Positions 51,750 through 63,108 of a DNA stretch of 64,000 nt are shown here, in pieces; the stretch's first letter is position 1; each line of letters opens with the position of its first letter. Made by a program: the position numbers and the translations under genes. The stretch spans positions 95,604,001 to 95,668,000 of the forward strand of contig CM126215.1 in assembly GCA_052327205.1 (NCBI GenBank). Reading direction: 5' to 3'. Source of the stretch: Somniosus microcephalus. Lineage: Eukaryota. The notes below the pieces were generated by a model. The model searched no databases, had not been told where the DNA came from, and worked only from the letters and a program-made list of their open reading frames with translations.

Positions 51750-51837
51750 CAGCACCATCTAGCGGTGTGACTGGTAATTGTTAGCGATCAGTGTTGACAT
51801 TTAACATTGGAATTCATATTACAGCACCACCTAGTGG
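51750..51837 (-). promoter_or_regulatory. Two tandem CTCF-like motifs
   Basis: Minus strand CCGCTAGATGGTGCTG (51750-51765) and CCACTAGGTGGTGCTG (51822-51837), both close to the CTCF core consensus. Confidence 0.6.
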
Positions 51838-53559
51838 CTGCACTGGTAATTATTTTAACATTAGAATTAGCATAGGGAATGCTCATATAGCAGGGTTTGT
51901 CCCACTTACCTGCCAAAACCTCAGCAAAAGAGCTGCGGAAACCACAGAACAAGCGCACGCACAGTGTTTACACCATTTTTCCAGAGTTTCCACAGCTCTT
52001 TCTCCGAAGTAACAGTGGATGAATGGGAGAACCCCCATGGAAACTGATCCCCAGGTTACAATGGAGCGTGAGGCTCATGTGAGAATTTGAGTATCTTGTA
52101 GATAATGATTATTCTCATCAACATTGCCAAAGACTCATTAAAGAACCAGCAGGGGAAGGAAATTCTATTGTGAGGCTTTTGAAATGAGTGGGATCCCAAT
52201 TCCTCAAGCTGAAACAGATATGTGTTCTCTGTGAGTTGTTGAAGAAAGAGAGGATAGGTATATAACAGAATATATTATCTAACAGGAACTATCACTCAGT
52301 TTCTAAGCTACGTTTTCAGTGTTAGTTCTTTTCTTTAGGTTATTCAAGTATTTTATATATTTTGATTACTGGCATACCAGAGAAGTGATTCGAGAAACCA
52401 CTGGACTGTACAGCAAATGCTATCTCCACATGAAGCTAAAACGCCCAATAATAGAAAAATTGTAAGGAAAGAATATAGCATTGGTATTGTTGAATGAAGC
52501 TTGTTTCTGTTACATCCAATGTGATAACTATCAGCAGAGATGCATTCCTCTTTGACAGCCTCCATTTGAGTCCCGGCTAGAAAATCTACATTCATTGATT
52601 GTGTGGCTGGATTTCCAATGAAATTATATCATCGGAACAGGCATGAACCAACAGTTACTACTTTACTATTGACTGTGATTAATTGACGATTTCAACACAA
52701 CATTGTGTTGCATTCAACAAGCCCAATTCAATGAAAATGAGGTGTGAATCCTATTTATTCCCATTGATGCAAAGCTGTAAGGATGATCAAAGGTTCCTAT
52801 CTCTGATTAGATTCTGTATGCAGGAATTCTATTCAAGCTCACTCCAGAACTGTAAGAAAGGAGGACTTGCATTTATCAAACATCTTTCATGTCCTCAAGA
52901 CTTCCAAAAGCAGTTAAAAACCAACAAATTACTTTTGAAGTGCGGTCACAGTTGTTTCGTGGACCTTGCTTTAACATGTCATCTGAAGGACAATGCCCCT
53001 GATAATATTACATTACGTCAGCTTAGAGTAATGGCTCAAAATCCTGGTAGGGAGCTCAAATCCACAATCTTCTGTTCCACAGATGAGACTATGGAAAGAA
53101 AGGAAGACTTACATTTATATAGCGCCTTTCACGGCCACCGGACGTCTCAAAGCGCTTTACAGCCAATTGTTGTGTATGTAACCTGTTCCACCTTAAGAGA
53201 GCTTAAGCCTGTTCCACCTTAAGAGATGTACTACTTTCTCAGGCTGCTGTAGACGTAATACCGGGGGTGAACACACCGGTATATAAGCACTGTGCAGTAA
53301 TCTTGTATTCAGTATAGTCCCTACCTCCAACCAGTAAAGACCTGTTTTTATTGTTACTCATTAGTCTGTGTCTTAATTAACTAAATAATTCACAGACTTA
53401 ACACTGGCGACGAGTCAGGTTCTTACCCTGCGGCAGTTATTCCACGGCGGTTGAAGAGAGGTTTCAAACCACACCACCCCACTGGAAGCGACAGGCATTA
53501 GGACCCTGAAGCCTCCATCAGCTTGTGAACCGGAGTAGAAGACAGGGCTGGGGAAGACA

Positions 53560-53905
53560 GAGGTACAGGGCGCTAGCGATCGGCAGATAAGGGCCGGGCC
53601 GCTTTGAAGTGAGGGGCGCAGCCGGGCCATCGATCGCAACCACCGATAAGGGCCGCACTCGGGCTGAAAGGGCAGCGGCTGCAGAAATTGAAGGCGCGAG
53701 AGCCGCGGTGCACAGCGCGGGCCATCGATCGCGATCGGGAGATAAGGGCTTTGGAGTGCGAGGCGCAGCCGGGCCATCGATCGCAAGCACTGATAAGGGC
53801 CGGGCCGCTTTCAAGTGCGAGGCGCAGCCGGGCCATCGATCGCATCCGCTGATAAGGGCCGCACTCGGGCGATCGCGGCGAAGATAAGGGCCGCACTCGG
53901 GGGCT
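53560..53905 (+). repeat. GC-rich modular tandem repeats in the LTR element leader
   Basis: Six 'gataaggg' and four 'ggccatcgatcgc' modules. Confidence 0.85.
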
Positions 53906-54052
53906 GAAGGGAGACGGCGTCGGGGGACGGGTGAAGACCGCCAAGCGTGGGAAAACCGCCATTTTGTGGGCGGAGGACGACGGCAAGAGTGGGAAGCCGC
54001 CATCTTTGATAACAAGTAAAGAAAATAAAATCTGAGAAATTGCAAATCTACA

Positions 54053-56360
54053 ATGCCTAAACACGGGAACATTAGCACCTTTGATAGTGACCTCGAAGAT
54101 TGGGCCATATATGTTGAAAGAGTAAAAAATTATTGTAAGGCCAATAAAATTCGTGACCAAGATAAAGCTCTAACATTATTAAATTTAATGGGTGCGAAGA
54201 CATACGGGCAATTGAAACACCTGTTATCACCAGATGAACCAGCGGATAAGACGTTCGATGAGATTGTTACTGTCCTGAAAGATCATCTAAACCCCACGCC
54301 GCTGATGCTAGCGGAACGATTTAAATTTTACGACAGAAGGCAGCTACAGCATGAAAGCAATGCTGAATATTTGCTGGAATTGCGTAAATTAGCGAAATAT
54401 TGCCAGTTTGGAACGGGACTGACAGATGCACTATGAGACAAATTTGTGTGTGGTTTATTTAAACAGGATACACAAAAGCGACTGCTCGAGGAGAATGAGC
54501 TGACGCTTGAGAAGGCGGTCACTATGGCAGCAGCACACGAAGCCGCAGCGAGAGGCACGGCAGTAATGCAGCTACGGTCACCGGAGCTCAGTGCACACAA
54601 ATTGGGTGTGAGTTCTGTTAAATGTTATCGTTGTGGAAAGACAACGCATGATCAGAACCAGTGTTGGTTTAAAAACCAAGAATGCAGAACATGTGGTAAG
54701 CTTGGACATATAGCTAGAGTATGCAGGTCAGGGAAGAAGACCAGCAACAAGAAGTCACCGCAAGGGAAATACGCAAAGGTACACAAGGTGGCCGAACAGG
54801 AGTCCGATTCAGACGCTAGCAGTAATGAACTGGCTGGCTTAAGCAGTATTGAACTGGCTAGCTTAAGGGTACTCAACGTTGGTAAGGGTGCAGACCTCCA
54901 GACAATTTGGGTTACTCTTCAGATAGAAGGAGTCCAAGTAAAAATGGAATTGGACACTGGATCGGCATTGTCGGTCATGAATAAGAAAGATTACAGAAGG
55001 TTATTCCAACATATTCCCCTACAGGATACGGAGATTATATTGACAACCTACACGGGGCAGAGAGTGTACCCCATCGGGACAATAAAGGTTGCAGTGGCCA
55101 ACAAGGGCGAAGGAAGTCAAATAATGGACTTATATGTGCTACCGGAGGGAGGTCCACCACTACTAGGCCGGGAGTGGTTTAGAAACATAAATATGGACTG
55201 GCATTCGCTAAAAGCCATAAAGAGTGAGAACTCGGTGCAGATAATCAGCCCAGACTCTAGAACTGATGATGATAAGACCAACCCATGTGCAAAAGACAAA
55301 GTTTCAGCACAGAATTCCACTGAGCAACAACAACATAGTTTAACAGAGAATTCTGAGTCTGTCAAGTCTACTGATATGCACATTTTTGAGGGACACTGGG
55401 CTCGAACTCAACTCCATTTCAAACTACAACAGCAATTAGAACAAATGATTCGCCGTTTTGAGCAAGAGATGAATGAAATAAAAAAAGTTCTTTGTTACAG
55501 AGTGGGAGAATCTGGAAAGGCAACAGAAGCAACTGATGGAGAAAATGGAGCAGGAGCACACCAACCATCTGCGCGAGGAGGCCGAACAAATCAAAGCTGA
55601 TTCAGGTTCTGAAGGTGCGTGCCATAATCTGGTGTCAGAAGAGTTAACGGTCAGCCAACTCCTTCATATGCTGAGGGACAAGACTCTGAAATGGGAAAAA
55701 CTTGAACACGAGCTGCGATCTTCAAAGGAAAAGGGTTCGGAGCTCTCAAAAGTCGTTGAGATGGCTGATGTGACGACACAGACTGAAACGACTGCAACAG
55801 AGCAGCCATTGGATGCCAAAAGTACGCTGACTCACGTCAATGTAGAACAACAGACCGCTGAAACAGCTGCTCCGGTAGAGGGATTGCATAGTCCGATCAA
55901 TCAATCTCCAAAGGAAGTTGAAGTATTAAAATCACAAATGAGGTCACTAGTAAACGACTTGCTGAAAGCCCAGAAAAAGCTGGATGCAGAGGTACACATG
56001 AAGAAGTCTCTTCAGGAAAGATGTCTGGATTTGGAACAAGAGCTGGCTAACATCCAGCTGGGTATGGAGGAAATAGACGACCCTCTCACTGGTCTAGCTC
56101 AGGACGACACCGAATATTACCATGACCTGGTGGACGACACCGAATATTACGATGTCCTGTCCTGCCCAGCTTGTAACTTCGACTCCCAAAGTGCAGAAAT
56201 CATGGAGGAGCACCAAAAGTCTACGGAACATCGGGAGAAGCTGGCTCTACGACGGAAACAGGAGGAAGAGAAGGAGGAACTGCGCATGCAGGTGGCAGCT
56301 GACAATGGAGCCCAGAGAGTCTCCAAGAAGCAGAAAAGGAAAAGTAAAAACAGAAGATGA
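54053..56360 (+). pseudogene. Gag-protease-[STK10/SLK]-[optineurin]-[DNAJC21-like ZnF] chimeric ORF, broken by one stop (54434-54436) and one +1 insertion (A7 run 55480-55486)
   Basis: Gag ERFKFYDRRQ / DAL*DKFVCG, two CX2CX4HX4C knuckles, protease LDTGS, then coiled-coil segments resembling host proteins; no RT (YxDD), RNase H or integrase core. Confidence 0.85.
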
Positions 56361-57994
56361 CCCATCTGAACCATTATCACCTCTACCAGATCACACACGT
56401 GGTCCCTCCGAACGGAGCCAAATCAGTTCGGAAGTTCAAGCTGTTAAATCCATGAAAGGACTATTGAATGAGTAACGTGAACCGACTACACCACAGAGAT
56501 TGAATCTGTGAACTGTTTTCCGCAGAGACTGAATCTGTGATATGTTACGTTAAACATGAAGTTATATATGTATATATGTTATTACGTTATGTTAAATGGG
56601 GGGATGACTATAAAGCTAAGAAGGGAGGAGTGTTGTGTATGTAACCTGTTCCACCTTAAGAGAGCTTAAGCCTGTTCCACCTTAAGAGATGTACTACTTT
56701 CTCAGGCTGCTGTAGACGTAATACCGGGGGTGAACACACCGGTATATAAGCACTGTGCAGTAATCTTGTATTCAGTATAGTCCCTACCTCCAACCAGTAA
56801 AGACCTGTTTTTATTGTTACTCATTAGTCTGTGTCTTAATTAACTAAATAATTCACAGACTTAACACCAATGAAGTACTTTTGGAGTTCAGTCACTGTTG
56901 TAATGTGGGAAACGTGGCAGCCAATTTGCGCACAGCAATCTCCCACAAACAGCAATGTGATAATGACCAGATAATCTGTTTTTGTTATGTTGATTGAGGG
57001 ATAAATATTGGCCAGGACACCGGGGATAACTCCCCTGCTCTTCTTCGAAATAGTGCCCTGGGATCTTTTACGTCCACCTGAGAGCGCAGACGTTTAACGC
57101 CTCACCCGAAAGACGGTACCTCCGATAGTGTAGCATTCCCTCAGCACTGCACTGGAGTGTCAGCCTAGATTTATGTGCTCAAGTCCCTGGAGTGGGGGCT
57201 TTCTGACTCAGAGACGAGAGTGCTACCAACTGAGCCACAGCTGACACTAAGCTGTGATTAAGCTGTCGTGAATTTACTTGGAAAGTGTATTAACCACTCT
57301 TTGTGTGATGTGATTAGCTTAAGGTTATTACTGGGAAATAACTCAGTTGTCAATCAAAAAGATCATTAACAATAGCCCAGAAGCAGAACACCCACCCACC
57401 TCTTGGCTGCAGAGTCATGAGGTGTGGAAAGACCAGTGAGGGGATTACAGGAGGAAAGGCTTCACAGGTGTATGTCCTTTATGAAAGGATAAATAACTCT
57501 AGATAAAAATGCTAAATGTCTACCCATGATATATCATGATTTGCCTTTCCTATCATGTCCCTTTTTTTGTGTTGGATTGATTTTTCTACTCCTGGCTCTC
57601 TTAATGCTTGTTTATCCCCTCTTTATTTATCCATCCTCCTACTTGGCTCTTGTTGTGACATTGAGTCGAAATAAAAGTTTAAGTACCAGTGCCGATCTTG
57701 TTAAAATTCTCAGCTGTTCCTGCCATTTTTTTGCAGTCGCTTATGAGCTCAGGGGAGTGGGCTTTGGGCTTGTGTGCTGTCACCCCACGGTAGACAGTGC
57801 TGAAAGTTATTTAAAGGAAGCCCAGCTGTGTGATTCCTCCAGCCGGTGAACTTCAGGGTTTGGCTCATTACATTCCCGACTCTGACACAGGATAGCAGAG
57901 AGTCAGATGGAAACCATGTAAGAGAAAGACGGTCACTGTGCAAAAGCTACCAGAAGAACAAATGGGCCAAAAATAAGAAAAGCATAATTCACTA

Positions 57995-58250
57995 CTCTCC
58001 CCGTGTTTGCGTGGGTTTCCTCCGGGTGCTCCGGTTTACTCCCACAGTCCAAAGATGTGCAGGTTAGGATGATTGGCTATGATAAATTGACCCTTAGTGT
58101 TAGGGGGATTAAATACGTGGGGTTACGGGGATAGGGTGGGATATGTGTTGGTGTAGGGGTTACGGGGATCAGGTGGGATATGTGTCGGTGCAGGCTCGAT
58201 GGGCCAAAACGGCCTCTATCTGCACTGTGGGGTTTCTGTGATTCTGTGAT
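57995..58250 (+). mobile_element. 5'-truncated V-SINE (HE1-like)
   Basis: Near-identical to 12532-12788. Confidence 0.9.
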
Positions 58251-58359
58251 ACTGACGGTTAATGGGAGCTTACATTTTAATTTTTCCTGTTAATAAGCCA
58301 GTTACAATACAAAATTTGTATTGACAATGACGTGGTTTGAGCTTCACATAGAAAAGGAA

Positions 58360-59245
58360 CTATATTGTCAGACTCTAAATTATCAGACTGCTTGTCTGAC
58401 ATCCACTATTGGGTGTGCAGAAATTTCCTCCAATTAAATATTGGGAAGACCAAAGTCTTCGGTCCCTACCACAAACTCCATCCCTCTCCCTAACATCTGT
58501 CTGAGGCTGAACCAGACTGTTCGCAACCTTGGTGTCATATTTGACCCTGAAATGAGCTTCCGACCACATATCCATGCCATAACTATGACCGCCTATTTCC
58601 ACCTCTAACATCACCCGTCTCTGCCCCTGCCTCAGCTCATCTGCTGCTGAAACACTCATCCATGCCTTTGTTACCTCTAGACTTGACTATTCCAACGCAC
58701 TCCTGGCTGGCCTCCCATGTGCTACCCTATGTAAATTTGAGGTCATCCAAATCTCGACTACCGGTTTCCTAACTCGCACCAAGTCCTGTTCACACATCAC
58801 CCCTGTACTCGCTGACCTACATTGGAACCCAGTTAAGCAATGTCTCGATTTAAAAATTCTCATCCTTGTTTTCAAATCCCTCCATGGCATCCTCGCCCCT
58901 CCCTATCTCTCTAATCTCCTCCAGCCACACAACCCCCCGAGATATCTGCGCTCCTCTAATTCTGCCCTCTTGAACAGCCCTGATTTTAATCGCTCAACCA
59001 TTGGTGGCCGTTCTTTCAGCTACCTAGGCCTTAAGCTCTGGAATTCCCTCCCTAAACCTCTCCACCTCTCTTTCCTCCTTTTAAGATGCTCTTTAAAATC
59101 TACCTCTTTGACCAAGCTTTTGGTCATCTGCTCTAATTTCTCCTTATGTGGCTCAGCATCAAATTTTGTTTTATAATGCTCCTGTGAAGCGCCTTGGGAT
59201 GCTTTACTATGTTAAAGGCGCTATATAAATAGAAGTTGTTATATA
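58360..59245 (+). mobile_element. L2-clade LINE 3' fragment
   Basis: Same family as 960-2079 and 20245-21195. Confidence 0.9.
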
Positions 59246-60073
59246 AATGTAACTCTTCCTTTTAAATGTTTAGTAAGAGATGTCTAATTACCTCCAGGAG
59301 GTAGTGTAAGACTGCAGCTGATGTTGAAGACTCCAGGACATCCATTGGAAACATTTAAATTTTACATTGAATATTAGCAAAGCCGATGTGACAGTCAGCT
59401 CTCTGCCATCATCAAAATGTAACCAGTATTTGATTGCCAGTGAGCAGAGTTTTATGCATCTGCAGAGCTTCATTTTCCTTGGCTGGCTTACAATGTAGAG
59501 CCAGAAGAATGTTACTGACTCTATGGCCGGAATTTTCCTTACCTTGGCGGGTCTGGTGCGGCCGGTCTCCATGGTGGGTCCCCATCCCGCTGTACAGAAT
59601 GAACTTACCTTAATGGGGCCTAGTAAGCCCGCCCAGCGCGTTTCCTGGCCCAATTAGATGGAGCGGGTCTGGTGACGTCATTCCTGACGCAGCTTGAGCC
59701 GGTCTACTTAAAAGGACCATGGCCACGTTACTTTTGACGTTTGTGCTGTCAGAGTTCTACAGCATTGAGGTGCAGCAAACACTGATGACTGCACAGAGGT
59801 GCAGGGCTGCCCTCAGGTTCTCCCATGACTCCCTCCATATGCTATCCACTGTCACCTCATTGGAACAACCTCTCTCACCATTCACAGGTTGCTTCTGTCA
59901 TCTCAACTTCACCTGCCATCTATTCCATCAGCACGGGTACCGTTTATACTGTTTCATTTTGGTCCTCGGAGTCTGACCACGATCAGCCCCAACACCAGCA
60001 GCACCAGGCAAACCAGCAACACCAACCTTCTCTGTAATCACCTGATGCTGCACAGGACAGAGGGCATCAGCAC

Positions 60074-63000
60074 ATAAAAACATAAGAAATAGGAGCAGGA
60101 GCAGGCCATTCGGCCCCTCGCGCCTGCTCCGCCATTCAATGAGATCATGGCTGATCCGATTTTGGCCTCAACTCCACTTTCCTGCCCGCTCCCCATAACC
60201 CTTTAGTCCCCTGTTGCTCAAAAATCTGTTTATCTCAGCCTTGAATATATTCAATGACTCAGCTTCCACAGCCCTCTGGGGTAAAGAATTCCAAAGATTC
60301 ACAACCCTCTGAGAGAAGAAATTCTTCCTCATCTCCGTCTTAAATGGGCGACCCCTTATTCTGAGATTATGTCCCCTCGTTCTAGATCCCCCCACGAGGG
60401 GAAACATCCTCTCAGCATCTACCCTGTCCAACCCCCTCGGAATCTTATATGTTTTAATAAGATCACCTCTCATTCTTCTAAACTCCAATGACTATAGCCC
60501 CAACCTGCTCAACCTTTCCTCATAAGACAAGCCTTCCAACCCAGGAATCAACCTAGTGAACCTTCTCTGAACTGCCTCCAATGCAAGTATATCCCTCCTT
60601 AAATAAGGAGACCAAAACTGTACGCCGTACTCTAGGTGTGGTCTCACCAGCGCCCTGTACAGTTGTAACAAGACTTCCCTCCTTTTATACTCTATCCCCC
60701 TTGAAATAAAGGCCAACATTCCATTTGCCTTCCACATTACGTGCTGCACCTGCATGTTAACTTTTTGTGTTTCATGTATGAGGACACCCAAATCCCTCTG
60801 TACCGCCGCATTCTGTAGTCTTTCTCCATTTAAATAATATTTTTCTTTTCTATTCTTCCTACCAAAGTGGATAACTTCACATTTTCCCACATTATACTCC
60901 ATCTGCCAAATTCTTGCCCACTCACTTAACCTGTCGATATCCCTTTGCAGACTCTTTGGGCTGGATTTTCTGAATGGGAGGCGGGACTGCTGCTTGCTGG
61001 GTTTCAGTCCCGCTTCCATCAGCTTCTGGCCAACCAGCGGGAATTTCCCCTGATTGACCTTGGTAAGCCCGCCTGCCGGGCTCAGCAGGCCAATTAGGGG
61101 GAAGTCAGTGACAGAGCACGTCAACGTATGACGTGTCATCTGTCAAGAACTTTTGAAAGAAGAAATGTCATCGTTGTGAAGCTGTCAAACACTGACATTC
61201 TGTGTCGTTTGATGAGTCCTTGTGTTCAGGACTGATCAAACCTTTCTACTCTGCAGAAATCAGCTGGCTGTTGTATCGGAGGATGCAACAGCAAGTCTGT
61301 GATCTCTACAATGGAGATGTTGGGGACTCCGTCTCCACAGCGGCTGAAGGCTGTAGGTAGAAACAAAGGTAAGTTAACATTTTCTAACACTTTACACTCA
61401 CCTCACATACTTACCACTCCACACTTGCACCCATCACTCACCTCTACATCTCACTTTCAGACCCCGCAGACCCCACACAGACCTCTCACTTGCCTCCTAC
61501 AACCCGGTGGGGTTCCCCCAGGTCGGGAAGCCCGCACTTCAGCACAAAAAATGGGGATAATCCTATTTTCTGCCTGTTAACTACCTGTTAACAGACAGTT
61601 AATAGGCTTTAATCCCTTCCCGCCTCCAAGGAGATGGGACCCAGGGCAGGACGGCTTCCTGCCTCCTGGCAAGAGGGCATGGAGGCGGGTTGGGGGCGGG
61701 TTTGCCACCCACCCCCAAATTCTGCAACTTTCCCAGCAGTCCCACCTCCATACCTGCCTCCTCTGGGCTAAGAAAATCCAGCCCTTTATGTCCTCCTCAC
61801 AACTTGCTTTCCCACCTATCTTTGTATCATCAGCAAATTTGGCTACAGTACACTCGATCCCTTCATCCAAGTCATTAATATTGATTGTAAATAGTTGAGG
61901 CCCCAGCACTGATCCCTGTGGTACCCCACTAGTTACAGATTACCATCCTGAAAATGACTCATTTATCCCGACTCTGTTTTCTGTTAGTTAGCCAATCCTC
62001 TATCCAATCTAATATATTACCTCCAACACTATGAGCTCTTATCTTATACAGTAACCTTTTATGTGGCACCTTGTCGAATGCCTTTTGGAAATCCAAATAC
62101 ACTACATCTACTGTTTCCCCTTTATCCACCCTGCTCATTACCTCCTCAAAGAACTCTAGTAAATTTGTCAAACACGATTTCCCTTTCATAAATCCATGTT
62201 GACTCTGCTTGATTGTATTATGATTTTCTAAATGCCCTGCTACTACTTCATTAATAATGGATTCCAGCATTTTGCCAATGACAGATGTTAGGCTAACTGG
62301 TCTATAGTTTCCTGCTTTCTGTCTCCCTCCTTTTTTGAATAAGAGTATTAAATTTAAATAAAAGCAATTACAAAGGTATGAGGAGAGAGTTGGCTAAAGT
62401 GGACTGGGAAAACAGATTAGAAGGTGAGGCGGTAGAAAAGCAGTGGCAGACATTTAAAGAGACATTTCACGACTCTCAACAAAGATATATTTCAGTGAGA
62501 AAGAAAGACTCGAAGAGAAGGATGAACCAACCATGGCTAACCAAGGAAGTTAAGGATGGTATCAAATTGAAAGAAAAGGCAAACAATGTTGCAAAGATTA
62601 GTGGTAGGCCAGAAGATTGGGAAAATGTTAGAAACCAGCAAAGGATGACTAAAAACATAATAAAGAGGGAGAAAATAGCTTATGAGAGTAAACTAGCAAG
62701 AAATATAAAAACTGACAGTAAGAGCTTCTACAAGTATATAAAAAAGAAGAGAGTAGCTAAAGTAAACATTGGTCCCTTAGAGGACAAGCCTGGGGAAATA
62801 ATAATGGATACAAGGAAATGGAAGAAGCATTGAACAAATATTTTGTATCTGTCTTCACAGTAGAGGACACTAAAAACATCCCGGTAGTAGTAGAAAATCA
62901 AGGGGCAAAAGGGAGGGAGGAACTTAAAACAATCACTATCACTAGAGAAAAAGTGCTAGGCAAACTTATGGGTCTAAAGGCTGACTTGATGGCCTGCATC

Positions 63001-63108
63001 CTAGGGTTTTAAAAGAAGTGGCTGCGGAGATAGTGGATGCATTGGTTGTAATCTTCCAAAATTCCCTTGACTCTGGGAAAAGTCCCAGCGGACTGTAAAA
63101 TCGCAAAT
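60074..63108 (-). mobile_element. CR1 LINE ~2.2 kb with inverted 5' segment (62350-63108 on +)
   Basis: Minus part: NYRPVSLT, YLDFQKAFDKVPH, KFADDTK, LVRPHLEY, (ttcttatg)-type tail; plus part is the immediately upstream ORF2 segment; GCAC duplicated at both ends. Confidence 0.9.
60958..61784 (+). mobile_element. Harbinger MITE family A, copy 3
   Basis: TIR gggctggatttt / aaaatccagccc; TSD TTT; removal restores CR1 'CEEDIKSLQRDIDRL'. Confidence 0.9.

Larger units (their letters stand above)
53168..56866 (+). mobile_element. Gypsy (Mag-clade-like) non-autonomous LTR retrotransposon carrying captured host-gene fragments
   Basis: 236-bp LTRs (53168-53403, 56631-56866) with no mismatch seen by eye; TG...CA; TSD CCAAT; PBS tggcgacgag (tRNA-Ser type) at 53405; PPT aagaagggaggag 56618-56630. 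Confidence 0.96.
53095..57250 (-). mobile_element. Full-length Deu-domain SINE (SacSINE1-like) split by the LTR element (53095-53167 + 56872-57250)
   Basis: Rejoined sequence 'ctttacag-ccaat-gaagtac'; tRNA-like head at ~57190-57250; reverse complement of the 43093 family. Confidence 0.88.

Noticed and set aside
55480-55487. Programmed -1 frameshift at A AAA AAG
   Set aside because: Joining the ORFs needs +1, and the site lies inside a host-derived segment; a 1-bp insertion or homopolymer error is simpler.
55388-56360. Genuine STK10/SLK, OPTN or DNAJC21 loci
   Set aside because: Short, intronless, fused fragments between LTRs; no gene symbol assigned.
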